Below are positions 17,302-24,966 of a stretch of 64,000 nucleotides of DNA, in pieces (the first letter of the stretch is position 1; each line of letters begins with the position of its first letter). The translations under genes and the position numbers were made by a program. The DNA comes from Thermodesulfobacteriota bacterium. GTDB lineage: Bacteria > Desulfobacterota > Desulfobacteria > Desulfobacterales > Desulfosudaceae. Under the pieces are notes generated by a model. It was not told the origin of the DNA, did not search any database, and was given only the letters and a program-made list of their open reading frames with translations. The stretch covers positions 6,549 through 70,548 of the forward strand of contig JAXHVL010000136.1 in NCBI GenBank assembly GCA_034189225.1, written 5' to 3'.

Positions 17302-18092
17302 GGGCTTACGATCCTCCCTAATGGCAGCGTCAGCAGTTCGGCGGTCCGCCGCTTGGCAGCGATGTCCACCGCGGCCTTTATTTCCGGCAGATGAACGCCC
17401 GAAAGGGGCTGCCATTGCTTTTCGGCAACATTATAAAACCCGCATTGGGCGCGATCGAGGGTGAGATAAAACAGGTTGAGGCGCCCCAGCCGGAAGATGT
17501 TCACCAGTCGTTCCCCTGCCTCGATGGCGATGGTGTCCTGGTAAACTTCCGTGGTGAAGCCGTATTCGGCCTCGACCAAGAGCGCCTCAATGAGCCGACG
17601 GTATTTTTCGCTGACCGGAGCATCCGGATCTTCCACCAGTTCTTCCATTTTTCGAATGCGCTTTGCCCGCTCATCCGGAAGAAACGGCAGGTCGGCACGA
17701 ACCCGACCCTTCAGCCGGTCCAGCAGTTCATCCAGGAACGGCCGTATCTGCTCCGATATCTGCCGGATATCCGCCAGCTGGTCTTTTTTTTCCGCCAGAC
17801 GCAGCTTTGTTGCCTTGACCTCATTTTCCAGGCCCCGTTTCCGCTGTTTCAGGGCTTTCTGCTCGGCCTCAAGCTTTTCCAGCCGGGCCAACTGCTCAGC
17901 TTTTTCCTGCCGCCAGGCCTCCTGCTGCTGCTGGGTATTCTGGCGAATATCAATGGCCTCCTTTACCGGCCGGTCGATTCGCTCCTGAGCATAAACCGGC
18001 AATAAAAGGCCGCTGACAACCGCCAGCATCACCACGGCCAGCCCCCCTGCTCTGAAACCACCCCTGGTTAAACGCTGATGCATTGTCGTCAT
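17298..18092 (-). CDS. DUF3450 family periplasmic protein (TtpB-like first gene of TonB2-type clusters)
   Basis: The start is reset to MTTMHQRL (ATG 18092; GGAG lies 7 nt upstream). Signal or anchor segment, coiled coil, then the conserved LPFLPDERAKRI...EKYRRLIEALLVEAEYG...FRLGRLNLFYLTLD region. The 5' 438 nt of the track ORF are the riboswitch, not coding. Confidence 0.85.
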   Translation of the reverse strand: MTTMHQRLTRGGFRAGGLAVVMLAVVSGLLLPVYAQERIDRPVKEAIDIRQNTQQQQEAWRQEKAEQLARLEKLEAEQKALKQRKRGLENEVKATKLRLAEKKDQLADIRQISEQIRPFLDELLDRLKGRVRADLPFLPDERAKRIRKMEELVEDPDAPVSEKYRRLIEALLVEAEYGFTTEVYQDTIAIEAGERLVNIFRLGRLNLFYLTLDRAQCGFYNVAEKQWQPLSGVHLPEIKAAVDIAAKRRTAELLTLPLGRIVSP

Positions 18093-18112
18093 AAACCGAT
18101 CTCCTTTTTCCC

Positions 18113-18507
18113 CAAAAAAAAACCCGGATCGATTCAATCGATCCGGGATTCCCTGATTTATCCACAGATGATCCATGGGTACGGTACCGTTCCGGCAACC
18201 GTCCCATCTGTTCAGGCAGGTCTTCTGACTTTCGGATCTGTCTACTGACCGCGCCTTCCCGGTCCTGATGGCTTCGTAAAACGCCCAATAGCTGCGTTGC
18301 GCTGCATCTCTCGTCATGTCACGTACCGCCAAGTACGCTCCATTCCTCGATATGCAGCGACGCCTTGCTCTTGAACTTTTTACTTTGCCATCAGAAGAAC
18401 GCTTCGTAAAACGTCCGTCTACCTTCTGACCAGTGGCATGCTGCGGCCTTCGTCCCCGATTACAGCGGCGGGCCCGTCCCCGAATTTCACGGGGTTCCCT
18501 GTTAGGC
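18113..18507 (-). promoter_or_regulatory. cobalamin (B12) riboswitch with intrinsic-terminator expression platform, long variant carrying an internal repeat insert
   Basis: The minus strand reads AACAGGGAACCCCGTGAAATTCGGGGACGGGCCCGCCGCTGTAATCGGGGACGAA...GCCACTGG...[insert]...GGGAAGGCGCGGTCAGTAG...AGTCAGAAGACCTGCC (B12 box). It ends in CCCGGATCGATTGAATCGATCCGGG followed by a T-run (18113-18147). Confidence 0.9.
18271..18413. repeat. ~130-nt self-complementary repeat element embedded in the riboswitch, bounded by a perfect 13-nt direct repeat
   Basis: GCTTCGTAAAACG occurs at 18271-18283 and again at 18401-18413. The interior matches the free-standing copy at 50280-50400 (CCCAATAGC.GCGTTGCG.TGCATCTCTCGTCATGTCACGTAC...GTACGCTCCATTCCTCGA.ATGCA...GCCTTGCTCTTGA.CTTTTTACTTTGCC). 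Confidence 0.75.
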
Positions 18508-18564
18508 TTTAACGCACCTGAACATTTCACTTTTCTGAATGATCTGATGAAATAATGCAGTCAC

Positions 18565-18594
18565 ATTCTAGACGAAATTGACGTGTCATGTCAA
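18565..18594 (-). promoter_or_regulatory. candidate sigma70-type promoter of the riboswitch/TonB2 operon
   Basis: On the minus strand, TTGACA (18594-18589), an 18-nt spacer, then TAGAAT (18570-18565), about 50 nt upstream of the aptamer. Confidence 0.5.
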
Positions 18595-18657
18595 GGTCTT
18601 TTGCAGAAAGGGAAATTTACAGCCAGTAAATTTGGCTGATCTTTCTGTTTTTCATCC

Positions 18658-18686
18658 TTGACAGGGAATGTTTGGTTGTATAGTCT
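18658..18686 (+). promoter_or_regulatory. candidate sigma70-type promoter of the plus-strand riboswitch/cbiK operon
   Basis: TTGACA (18658-18663), a 17-nt spacer, then TAGTCT. Alternatively TATAGT with a 15-nt spacer. Confidence 0.4.
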
Positions 18687-18699
18687 ACAGAATCTGTTC

Positions 18700-18954
18700 G
18701 GGTACGCTTATGCGTATAATAGGGAATCTCGTTAAAATCGGGAACGGGCCCGCCGCTGTAATCGGGGACGAACACCGCAGTTTGTCACTACCTCCGGAAG
18801 GATGTGGGAAGGCGCGGTCAGTAGGAAGATCCGGGAGTCAGAAGACCTGCCTGAACAACCCGTGGTTATGTTCACGGCCTTGAAATAACCACAGAAAACT
18901 GGATTAAAAACGGAATCCCCGGTTGGCGATAATACGCTGGCCGGGGATTTTTTT
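18700..18954 (+). promoter_or_regulatory. cobalamin (B12) riboswitch, compact variant, with intrinsic terminator
   Basis: AATAGGGAATCTCGTTAAAATCGGGAACGGGCCCGCCGCTGTAATCGGGGACGAA...GTCACTACCTCCGGAAGGATGTGGGAAGGCGCGGTCAGTAGGAAGATCCGGGAGTCAGAAGACCTGCCTGAACAA. The terminator is AATCCCCGG...CCGGGGATT followed by a T-run (18914-18954). Confidence 0.9.
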
Positions 18955-19044
18955 ATGCCGGTGCCGTTTCTTTCGACAAGGTTCTAGCGGGCGGATCACT
19001 GCCGTGAAACCTTACCGGCGTCTAATCATTTTCAGGAGGAAAGA

Positions 19045-19929
19045 ATGAAAAAGACAGGATTAATAGGTATGCTCGTTATGACGTTGATTTGTTTTGCCGC
19101 GGCCACCGCTTTTGCCCAAGGCCATGGTCACGGTCAAAAATCTGAAAAGAAGGTGGGTATTCTGCTGGTGGCGTTCGGTTCCAGCGAAGCCTCGGCCCAG
19201 GTTTCCTTTGACAAAATCGAGAAACATGTCAAAAAGACCTATGCCGGCATTCCCGTTCGATGGGCTTTTACATCCCACATCATCCGCCACAAACTGGCTA
19301 ATCAGGGCAAGCAGCTGGATTCACCCCAGGTGGCGCTGGCCAAAATGGCAGACGAAAAGTTCACCCATGTGGCGGTTCAGTCCCTGCACACTATCGCCGG
19401 TTCGGAGTTTCATGATCTGCGGCGGGTGGTCGAGGGATTCAAGGTCATGGGCGCGTTTCAACGCATTACCATGGGCGATCCCATGCTGGCCACCCAAAAA
19501 GACATGGAAAAAACCATTGATGCCATTCTTCAGGCCATTCCCGCCAGACGGAAGCCAAACGAAGCGGTAGTACTGATGGGGCACGGGACACATCATCCGG
19601 CCAATGCCTTTTATGCAGCCCTGATGTTTCAGATCCAGCTTCAGGACCCCAATGTGTTTGTGGGTACGGTGGAAGGGTACCCGAAAATGGGCTTCATCAA
19701 AGACCAGCTGAAAAAGAAGGGCATTGACAAGTCATACCTCATGCCCATGATGTCCGTGGCCGGCGATCATGCCAAAAACGACATGGCCGGCCCGGAAGAA
19801 GACTCCTGGAAATCGATCCTGACCGATGCGGGCATCGACTGCAAGGTCGTACTCAAGGGCACTGCCGAATATGATCCTTTTGTGCAGATATGGACGGATC
19901 ATGTGGGAGTGGCATTGGGACACTTTTAA
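19045..19929 (+). CDS. cbiK: sirohydrochlorin cobaltochelatase CbiK family, exported form (signal peptide)
   Basis: 294 aa. Signal peptide MKKTGLIGMLVMTLICFAAATAFAQG followed by HGHGQ. CbiK core VGILLVAFGSSEASAQ...IPVRWAFTSHII...VVLMGHGTHHPAN. Confidence 0.88.
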   Translation: MKKTGLIGMLVMTLICFAAATAFAQGHGHGQKSEKKVGILLVAFGSSEASAQVSFDKIEKHVKKTYAGIPVRWAFTSHIIRHKLANQGKQLDSPQVALAKMADEKFTHVAVQSLHTIAGSEFHDLRRVVEGFKVMGAFQRITMGDPMLATQKDMEKTIDAILQAIPARRKPNEAVVLMGHGTHHPANAFYAALMFQIQLQDPNVFVGTVEGYPKMGFIKDQLKKKGIDKSYLMPMMSVAGDHAKNDMAGPEEDSWKSILTDAGIDCKVVLKGTAEYDPFVQIWTDHVGVALGHF

Positions 19930-19959
19930 TCCAATGCTGAACATTTGAACGAAAAGGTT

Positions 19960-20021
19960 TTCACCGCAGAGAGCGCAGAGAGGCATTTTTCTCTGCGTCC
20001 TCTGCTCTACGGTGAATAAAC
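19960..20021. repeat. phased-repeat hairpin, GCAGAGR core type
   Basis: TTCACCGCAGAGAGCGCAGAGAGGCATTTTTCTCTGCGTCCTCTGCTCTACGGTGAATAAAC. This is the sister of the copy at 9270-9348. Confidence 0.65.
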
Positions 20022-20026
20022 AGAAC

Positions 20027-21103
20027 ATGACGAAGGTACAGAACAACATAATGGCTGCCGGCACCTCCATCCGGTACCGTATTCTCACCGAGAATCTGAT
20101 ACTGCTGGCCATCCTTGCCGTGCTGATTATCGGTGCTGCCGGGCTGGGCTACATGCACATTGCCATGGGTGATGTCTGCCGGATTGTAATCGGCACATGG
20201 TTTAACATGCCGGAGATGCTTTCATCCATTGCGGACAATGCCGCTGCCGTGGTCATCGATGTTCGACTCCCCCGCATCATGGCCGCCGTCGTGGTGGGGT
20301 CCGGCCTTGCCCTGTCCGGGGCGGTTTATCAGGGCGTTCTGCTCAACCCCCTGGCCGACCCCTTTACACTGGGCATATCCGCAGGCGCTGCATTCGGGGC
20401 GTCTGTGGCGCTTCTGTTTTTCCCGTCCACCGCTTTTTATGTCCTGCCTGTTGCTGCTTTTATCGGCGCCACACTGACCCTTTTTGCGGTAATCTTTCTG
20501 GCAACAGGACGCACCTTCAGTCGTGACGGGGTGTCGGCAGGCAGCCTGATTCTGTCGGGCATTATTGTCTCGGCCATACTGTCAGCCGGCATCAGCTTCC
20601 TCAAATATCTTGCCGACGAACAGGTATCGATTATTATTTTCTGGCTTATGGGCAGCTTTGCCGCCAAAACCTGGCTGGAGGTTGGCATTGCAGCCGTAGT
20701 GGTGATCACGGGGTTTCTGGTTATCTATTATTTTTCCCGTGACCTGAACGTTATTTCCCTGGGAGACCGCATGGCCGCGTCCCTGGGCGTGGATACAAAA
20801 AAAACCATTCTCTGCCTGCTGCTCACGGCTTCCTGCGTGGCCGCGGTGTGTGTAGCCATATCCGGCATTATCGGGTTTGTCGGTCTGCTGGTGCCCCACA
20901 TGATGCGTTCCTGGACAGGCCCTGACAACCGCCGGCTTCTGCCGGTCTGTGTGCTGGCCGGTGCAATTCTTATGCTGTCGGCAGACACCGTGACCCGTGC
21001 TGTCCTGCCCGCAGAGATTCCCATCGGCGTGCTGACGGCCCTGATCGGCGGGCCTGTCTTTTGCTGGATTTTCCGAAAAAACCGTATCGAGGGCCGGGTA
21101 TGA
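20027..21103 (+). CDS. FecCD/BtuC-type ABC transporter permease
   Basis: The start is moved to ATG 20027, because the track GTG at 20012 lies inside the hairpin repeat. The protein is polytopic, with the typical RLPRIMAAVVVGSGLALSGAVYQGVLLNPLADPFTLGISAGAA and C-terminal IPIGVLTALIGGPVF motifs. Confidence 0.88.
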   Translation: MTKVQNNIMAAGTSIRYRILTENLILLAILAVLIIGAAGLGYMHIAMGDVCRIVIGTWFNMPEMLSSIADNAAAVVIDVRLPRIMAAVVVGSGLALSGAVYQGVLLNPLADPFTLGISAGAAFGASVALLFFPSTAFYVLPVAAFIGATLTLFAVIFLATGRTFSRDGVSAGSLILSGIIVSAILSAGISFLKYLADEQVSIIIFWLMGSFAAKTWLEVGIAAVVVITGFLVIYYFSRDLNVISLGDRMAASLGVDTKKTILCLLLTASCVAAVCVAISGIIGFVGLLVPHMMRSWTGPDNRRLLPVCVLAGAILMLSADTVTRAVLPAEIPIGVLTALIGGPVFCWIFRKNRIEGRV

Positions 21104-21897
21104 CAGCGACCTGTTTCAACATAACCGATCTTTCGTTTGCATACGGTGGAAAACCGGTGCTGGACAAGGTATCCATGGGCATTGACCGGGGTATGATTCA
21201 CGGTATTTTAGGCCCCAACGGCAGCGGTAAAACCACACTGCTGGACCTGATCGCCGGTCACAAAAAACCGGTCACCGGTGCGGTCCGCTTTAACGGCAAG
21301 CCCGTGCACGGCATTGCCAAATACCGGCTGGCAAGGCACATTGCCTTGGTATCCCAGAACTTTTATATTAATTTTCCTTACACGGTCATGGATGTGGTGA
21401 TGATGGGGCGGTATCCGTACATGGGCCGTTTTTCCCCGCCCTCGAAAACAGATTTACAAATCGTGGAAGAGACCATGCGCATCACGGGCGTGGCAAAATA
21501 CCGGAACCATCCGGTCACCCGGCTCAGCGGTGGCGAACGGCAACGCACGGTCTTTGCCCGGGCCCTGGCACAGGACACGGATGTGCTGCTGCTGGATGAA
21601 GCCACCTCAAACCTGGACATCAACCATACCCTCACGCTGCTGGATGTCGTGCGCGGGCGGGTTCAAAAGGACGGAATGACCGTTATCGCCGTATTTCAGG
21701 ACATCAACCTGGCCGCCATCTATTGTGACCGGATGATTTTAATGAAAGACGGACAAATAGTTGCGGCCGGACCCACGCATGATATTATGGATGCCACCCT
21801 GCTGGCGTCAGTGTTTGATGTTGAATCCACCATCCGCTTTGAACCCGTATATGGAGCACGACAGGCGGTATTTAAAACCGGCCTCGACGGAGCCTGA
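21100..21897 (+). CDS. ABC transporter ATP-binding protein (BtuD/FepC-like)
   Basis: ATGA overlap with the permease stop. Walker A GPNGSGKTT, signature LSGGERQ and Walker B LLLDEATSNLD. Confidence 0.9.
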   Translation: MTATCFNITDLSFAYGGKPVLDKVSMGIDRGMIHGILGPNGSGKTTLLDLIAGHKKPVTGAVRFNGKPVHGIAKYRLARHIALVSQNFYINFPYTVMDVVMMGRYPYMGRFSPPSKTDLQIVEETMRITGVAKYRNHPVTRLSGGERQRTVFARALAQDTDVLLLDEATSNLDINHTLTLLDVVRGRVQKDGMTVIAVFQDINLAAIYCDRMILMKDGQIVAAGPTHDIMDATLLASVFDVESTIRFEPVYGARQAVFKTGLDGA

Positions 21898-22003
21898 CCC
21901 GGCTATTTTACGAGTCGATTCGGGCGCAGGCTGCGAGGCGCAGACTGCCACGCTGTGGTAAAGCATCCTGGCCCAGAGGGGCGGACTTTTTAGATTGAAG
22001 TAA

Positions 22004-23050
22004 ATGCATAAGAAACAAATGAAATATACAATCCTGTTCTGCTGGATGATATCGGCAATGGCCGTCACTGCCATTGCAGCGCCCGCTGATTTTTTTATCG
22101 ACAGCAACGGCCGGCTGCACGACCAGGGCGGCCGGATATTGACGATCGACAAGCCCTTTTCACGTATAATCTCCCTGTACGGCGCGCACACGGAAACCCT
22201 CTATTACTTGGGCGCGGAATCGACCGTGGCGGGGGTCAGCCGGGGAAAAACATTCGCCCCGGTGGACACTTCCGGCAAACCCGTGTTTTCCTATCATGAC
22301 GGACCGGAGCGCTTTCTGGCCGCAAATCCTGATCTGATCCTGATCCGGCCAATGATCGACCGGGGATATGCCAACCTGGTCACCCAGCTTGAAAAACATG
22401 GTATCACGGTGGTCTCCCTTCAGCCCGGCACAGTAGAAGAGATGTACCGTTACTGGCACATCATGGGGCAACTCACCGGCCACGGGCAGACCGCCCGGCG
22501 GATGGTGCAACAATTCAAAAAGGCAATAACCCGTTTTGGGGCGATCGCCGCGACAGTGAACCCTAAAAAAAGGGTTTACTTTGAAGCCATGCACGACCAG
22601 ATGAAGACCATATCCAGGGGATCAATGGCGGATTTTGTGCTTAAAACAGCCGGGGGCATCAACATTGCAGACAATGCCGCGCCCTCCCGTGGCACCAATA
22701 TCGCGAACTACGGCAAAGAAAAAATTCTTGACAGGGCCGACCAGATTGATGTCTACCTGGCCCAGCGCGGCCCCATGAACCATCCCACACGGGAAATGAT
22801 CAAGTCCGAACCCGGATTTTCAGTCATCAGGGCCGTACAGGACAACGAAATTTACATTATTGATGAAATCATCGTATCCCGGCCCACGATTCGATTGCTG
22901 CTGGGAATTCATGACATCGGTGTCCTTCTGTATCCGGATCAATACGGCGAACAATGGGATCAAATACTGATGGAGGCACTGGCACCATGGCAGCATCTTT
23001 TGGAGATGGAATTGTCAGAACCAGCAGCGAATCGGGAACGACCAACCTGA
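22004..23050 (+). CDS. periplasmic substrate-binding protein of the BtuF/FhuD (cluster A, PF01497-like) type
   Basis: 348 aa. Signal peptide MKYTILFCWMISAMAVTAIAAPA. Binding-protein pattern RIISLYGAHTETLYYLGA...PDLILIRP. It sits in an operon with a FecCD permease and ATPase. Confidence 0.82.
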   Translation: MHKKQMKYTILFCWMISAMAVTAIAAPADFFIDSNGRLHDQGGRILTIDKPFSRIISLYGAHTETLYYLGAESTVAGVSRGKTFAPVDTSGKPVFSYHDGPERFLAANPDLILIRPMIDRGYANLVTQLEKHGITVVSLQPGTVEEMYRYWHIMGQLTGHGQTARRMVQQFKKAITRFGAIAATVNPKKRVYFEAMHDQMKTISRGSMADFVLKTAGGINIADNAAPSRGTNIANYGKEKILDRADQIDVYLAQRGPMNHPTREMIKSEPGFSVIRAVQDNEIYIIDEIIVSRPTIRLLLGIHDIGVLLYPDQYGEQWDQILMEALAPWQHLLEMELSEPAANRERPT

Positions 23051-23139
23051 CACCGTGGCCTATGGCCTGACGACAACGGCAGGGGATTGCGGTGGCGCCC
23101 GTCAATAAATACAGGCAACACAAGGAGAATTGACCACAA

Positions 23140-23868
23140 ATGACCTCGAAAACAGGAACCTTTTACGGGGTGGGTGTCGGACCGGGGGACCCCGGTCTGC
23201 TGACCCTGAAATCCATTGAAACCATAAACCACGCGGATATTATTTTTGCGGCATCTTCAATCAAAAACAACCACAGCCTGGCAGTGGAAATTGCCCGCCC
23301 CCATATTGATGCCAATGCGGATATTCGCATGCTGTCTTTTCAGATGTCCCACAATGTGGATGGAAAAGAAGCGCTATGGGAGCAAAACGCGGAAAAGATC
23401 ATCGCCGAACTGGAAGCAGGCAGGAATGCGGTGTTTTTAACCCTGGGGGACACATTGACCTATTCCACATACGGTTACCTGGTCCGCATTATCGCCCGAA
23501 AAGCCCCCCATATTCCCATCCAGACCATACCGGGAATCCCGTCATACCTGGCCGCAGCCGCGCGCCTGAATCAGCCCCTGGTAGAGGGCGACGAATCCCT
23601 GCTCATCACCTCTGGCGCCCATGGCGGCGCCGAGCTTCGAAAATTCGGCAGACAGATCAACAATATGGTAATGTTAAAAGTCTATCGGCACATTGAAGAC
23701 ATCAACACGGCCCTGGAAGAAACCGGCCTGCTGAAAAGCAGCAGGGGTATATCCCGATGCTGCCGCGAGGATGAAGAAATCGTCGAAGATGTTAAAACCT
23801 TTGAACAACGGAAACCCGATTACTGGTCCCTTATCATTGCAAAACGAAACTGCACCGAAAAACCCTGA
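23140..23868 (+). CDS. cbiL: cobalt-factor II (precorrin-2) C20-methyltransferase
   Basis: 242 aa. TP_methylase signature FYGVGVGPGDPGLLTLKSIETINHADIIF and VFLTLGDTLTYSTY. Confidence 0.88.
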   Translation: MTSKTGTFYGVGVGPGDPGLLTLKSIETINHADIIFAASSIKNNHSLAVEIARPHIDANADIRMLSFQMSHNVDGKEALWEQNAEKIIAELEAGRNAVFLTLGDTLTYSTYGYLVRIIARKAPHIPIQTIPGIPSYLAAAARLNQPLVEGDESLLITSGAHGGAELRKFGRQINNMVMLKVYRHIEDINTALEETGLLKSSRGISRCCREDEEIVEDVKTFEQRKPDYWSLIIAKRNCTEKP

Positions 23869-23932
23869 AATCAAGGGGACGCCGCCCAAAGCCGGCAGAA
23901 AACACAGCCGGCCCCGGCATAAGGCATTCGGG

Positions 23933-24940
23933 ATGTCGCTGATCATCTCTGCGGCAATCCTTGCTGCGGGTCTGCTGCTGATTGACGGCCTTACCGCCGA
24001 ACAGGCGGGACGCCGACTGCTGCTCCCCCTCCTGCGGTTGATGGGATTCATCACCCTGGGGCTGGCCGCCGGGCAGATTATCGAGGCCTCGGGGTGGACC
24101 CACGCGCTCTCGGTTCTTGCCAGGCCTTTTTTCCGGTTCGGCAACCTTGGCGAACGGTGCAGCGCTGCTTTTACCGCTGCATTTATCTCAGGGGTTACGG
24201 CCAATGCCATGCTGCTTGATTTTTACAGGGAAAAAACCATTACCCGGCAGCAGCTCTTTCTGACCAATTTTGTCAACCAGTTGCCCGCCTATTTTCTCCA
24301 TCTGCCCACCACGTTCTTTATCGTACTGCCCCTGACCGGAAAGGCCGGGGTGCTTTACTATGTACTGACTTTGCTGGCCACCCTGATCCGGACAGCTCTT
24401 TTTCTGGTGTATGGCCGGCTGTTTATCAAAACACCGGAAACCGTAACTTCAGATACGGGCCGCACCGGCCACCGTAAACCAAACACCGGTATTTTCCAGG
24501 GTATACGCCGGAAGCTGCCCGCACGGGTAATGAGTGTTGCGGTTTACGTGCTGCCCATCTATATTGCCGTGTTTGTGGTCAATGAACTGGGGTTTTTCAA
24601 GCTGGCCAACCAGTTTGTGACCAGGACATTTACCCTGACCTTCCTGCCGGTGGAATCGCTCTCTGTCGTGGTCCTGAGCTTTGCCGCGGAATTCACATCG
24701 GGGTTTGCCGCGGCCGGCGCACTGCTTGATGCCGGTGTCATAACGGTACGACAGACCGTCATGGCCCTGCTGATCGGGAACGTGCTGGCCTTTCCCGTCC
24801 GAGCGCTCCGGCACCAGCTGCCCCGGTACATGGGAATATTTTCCCCGAAAATGGGGGCCCAGATACTGCTGCTGGGCCAGCTGTTCCGAGTATTGAGCAT
24901 TATTACTGTAGGGGTTGTCTATTTCCTGATCACGGCATGA
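23933..24940 (+). CDS. polytopic membrane protein with nucleoside-recognition (Gate)-like domains, function unknown
   Basis: The start is set to MSLIISAAILAAG (ATG 23933) to avoid overlap with cbiL. About 8-9 hydrophobic segments. The two halves resemble FeoB-C/SpmA-type Gate domains; this is recalled from memory and was not searched. Confidence 0.65.
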   Translation: MSLIISAAILAAGLLLIDGLTAEQAGRRLLLPLLRLMGFITLGLAAGQIIEASGWTHALSVLARPFFRFGNLGERCSAAFTAAFISGVTANAMLLDFYREKTITRQQLFLTNFVNQLPAYFLHLPTTFFIVLPLTGKAGVLYYVLTLLATLIRTALFLVYGRLFIKTPETVTSDTGRTGHRKPNTGIFQGIRRKLPARVMSVAVYVLPIYIAVFVVNELGFFKLANQFVTRTFTLTFLPVESLSVVVLSFAAEFTSGFAAAGALLDAGVITVRQTVMALLIGNVLAFPVRALRHQLPRYMGIFSPKMGAQILLLGQLFRVLSIITVGVVYFLITA

Positions 24941-24966
24941 TAAACATCAGCATCACCCTCCGCTTT

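Noticed and set aside
17298-18530. The 410-aa track ORF and the 150-aa ORF at 30745-31197 share a ~140-aa near-identical segment (NREPREIRGR..RRCNRGRRPQHATGQKVDG...). This could be mistaken for a duplicated gene or mobile-element protein.
   Set aside because: The shared segment is the translation of the duplicated cobalamin riboswitch leader. It is Arg/Gly/Cys-rich nonsense and has no RBS. The real DUF3450 start (ATG 18092 with GGAG) lies downstream of the terminator hairpin.
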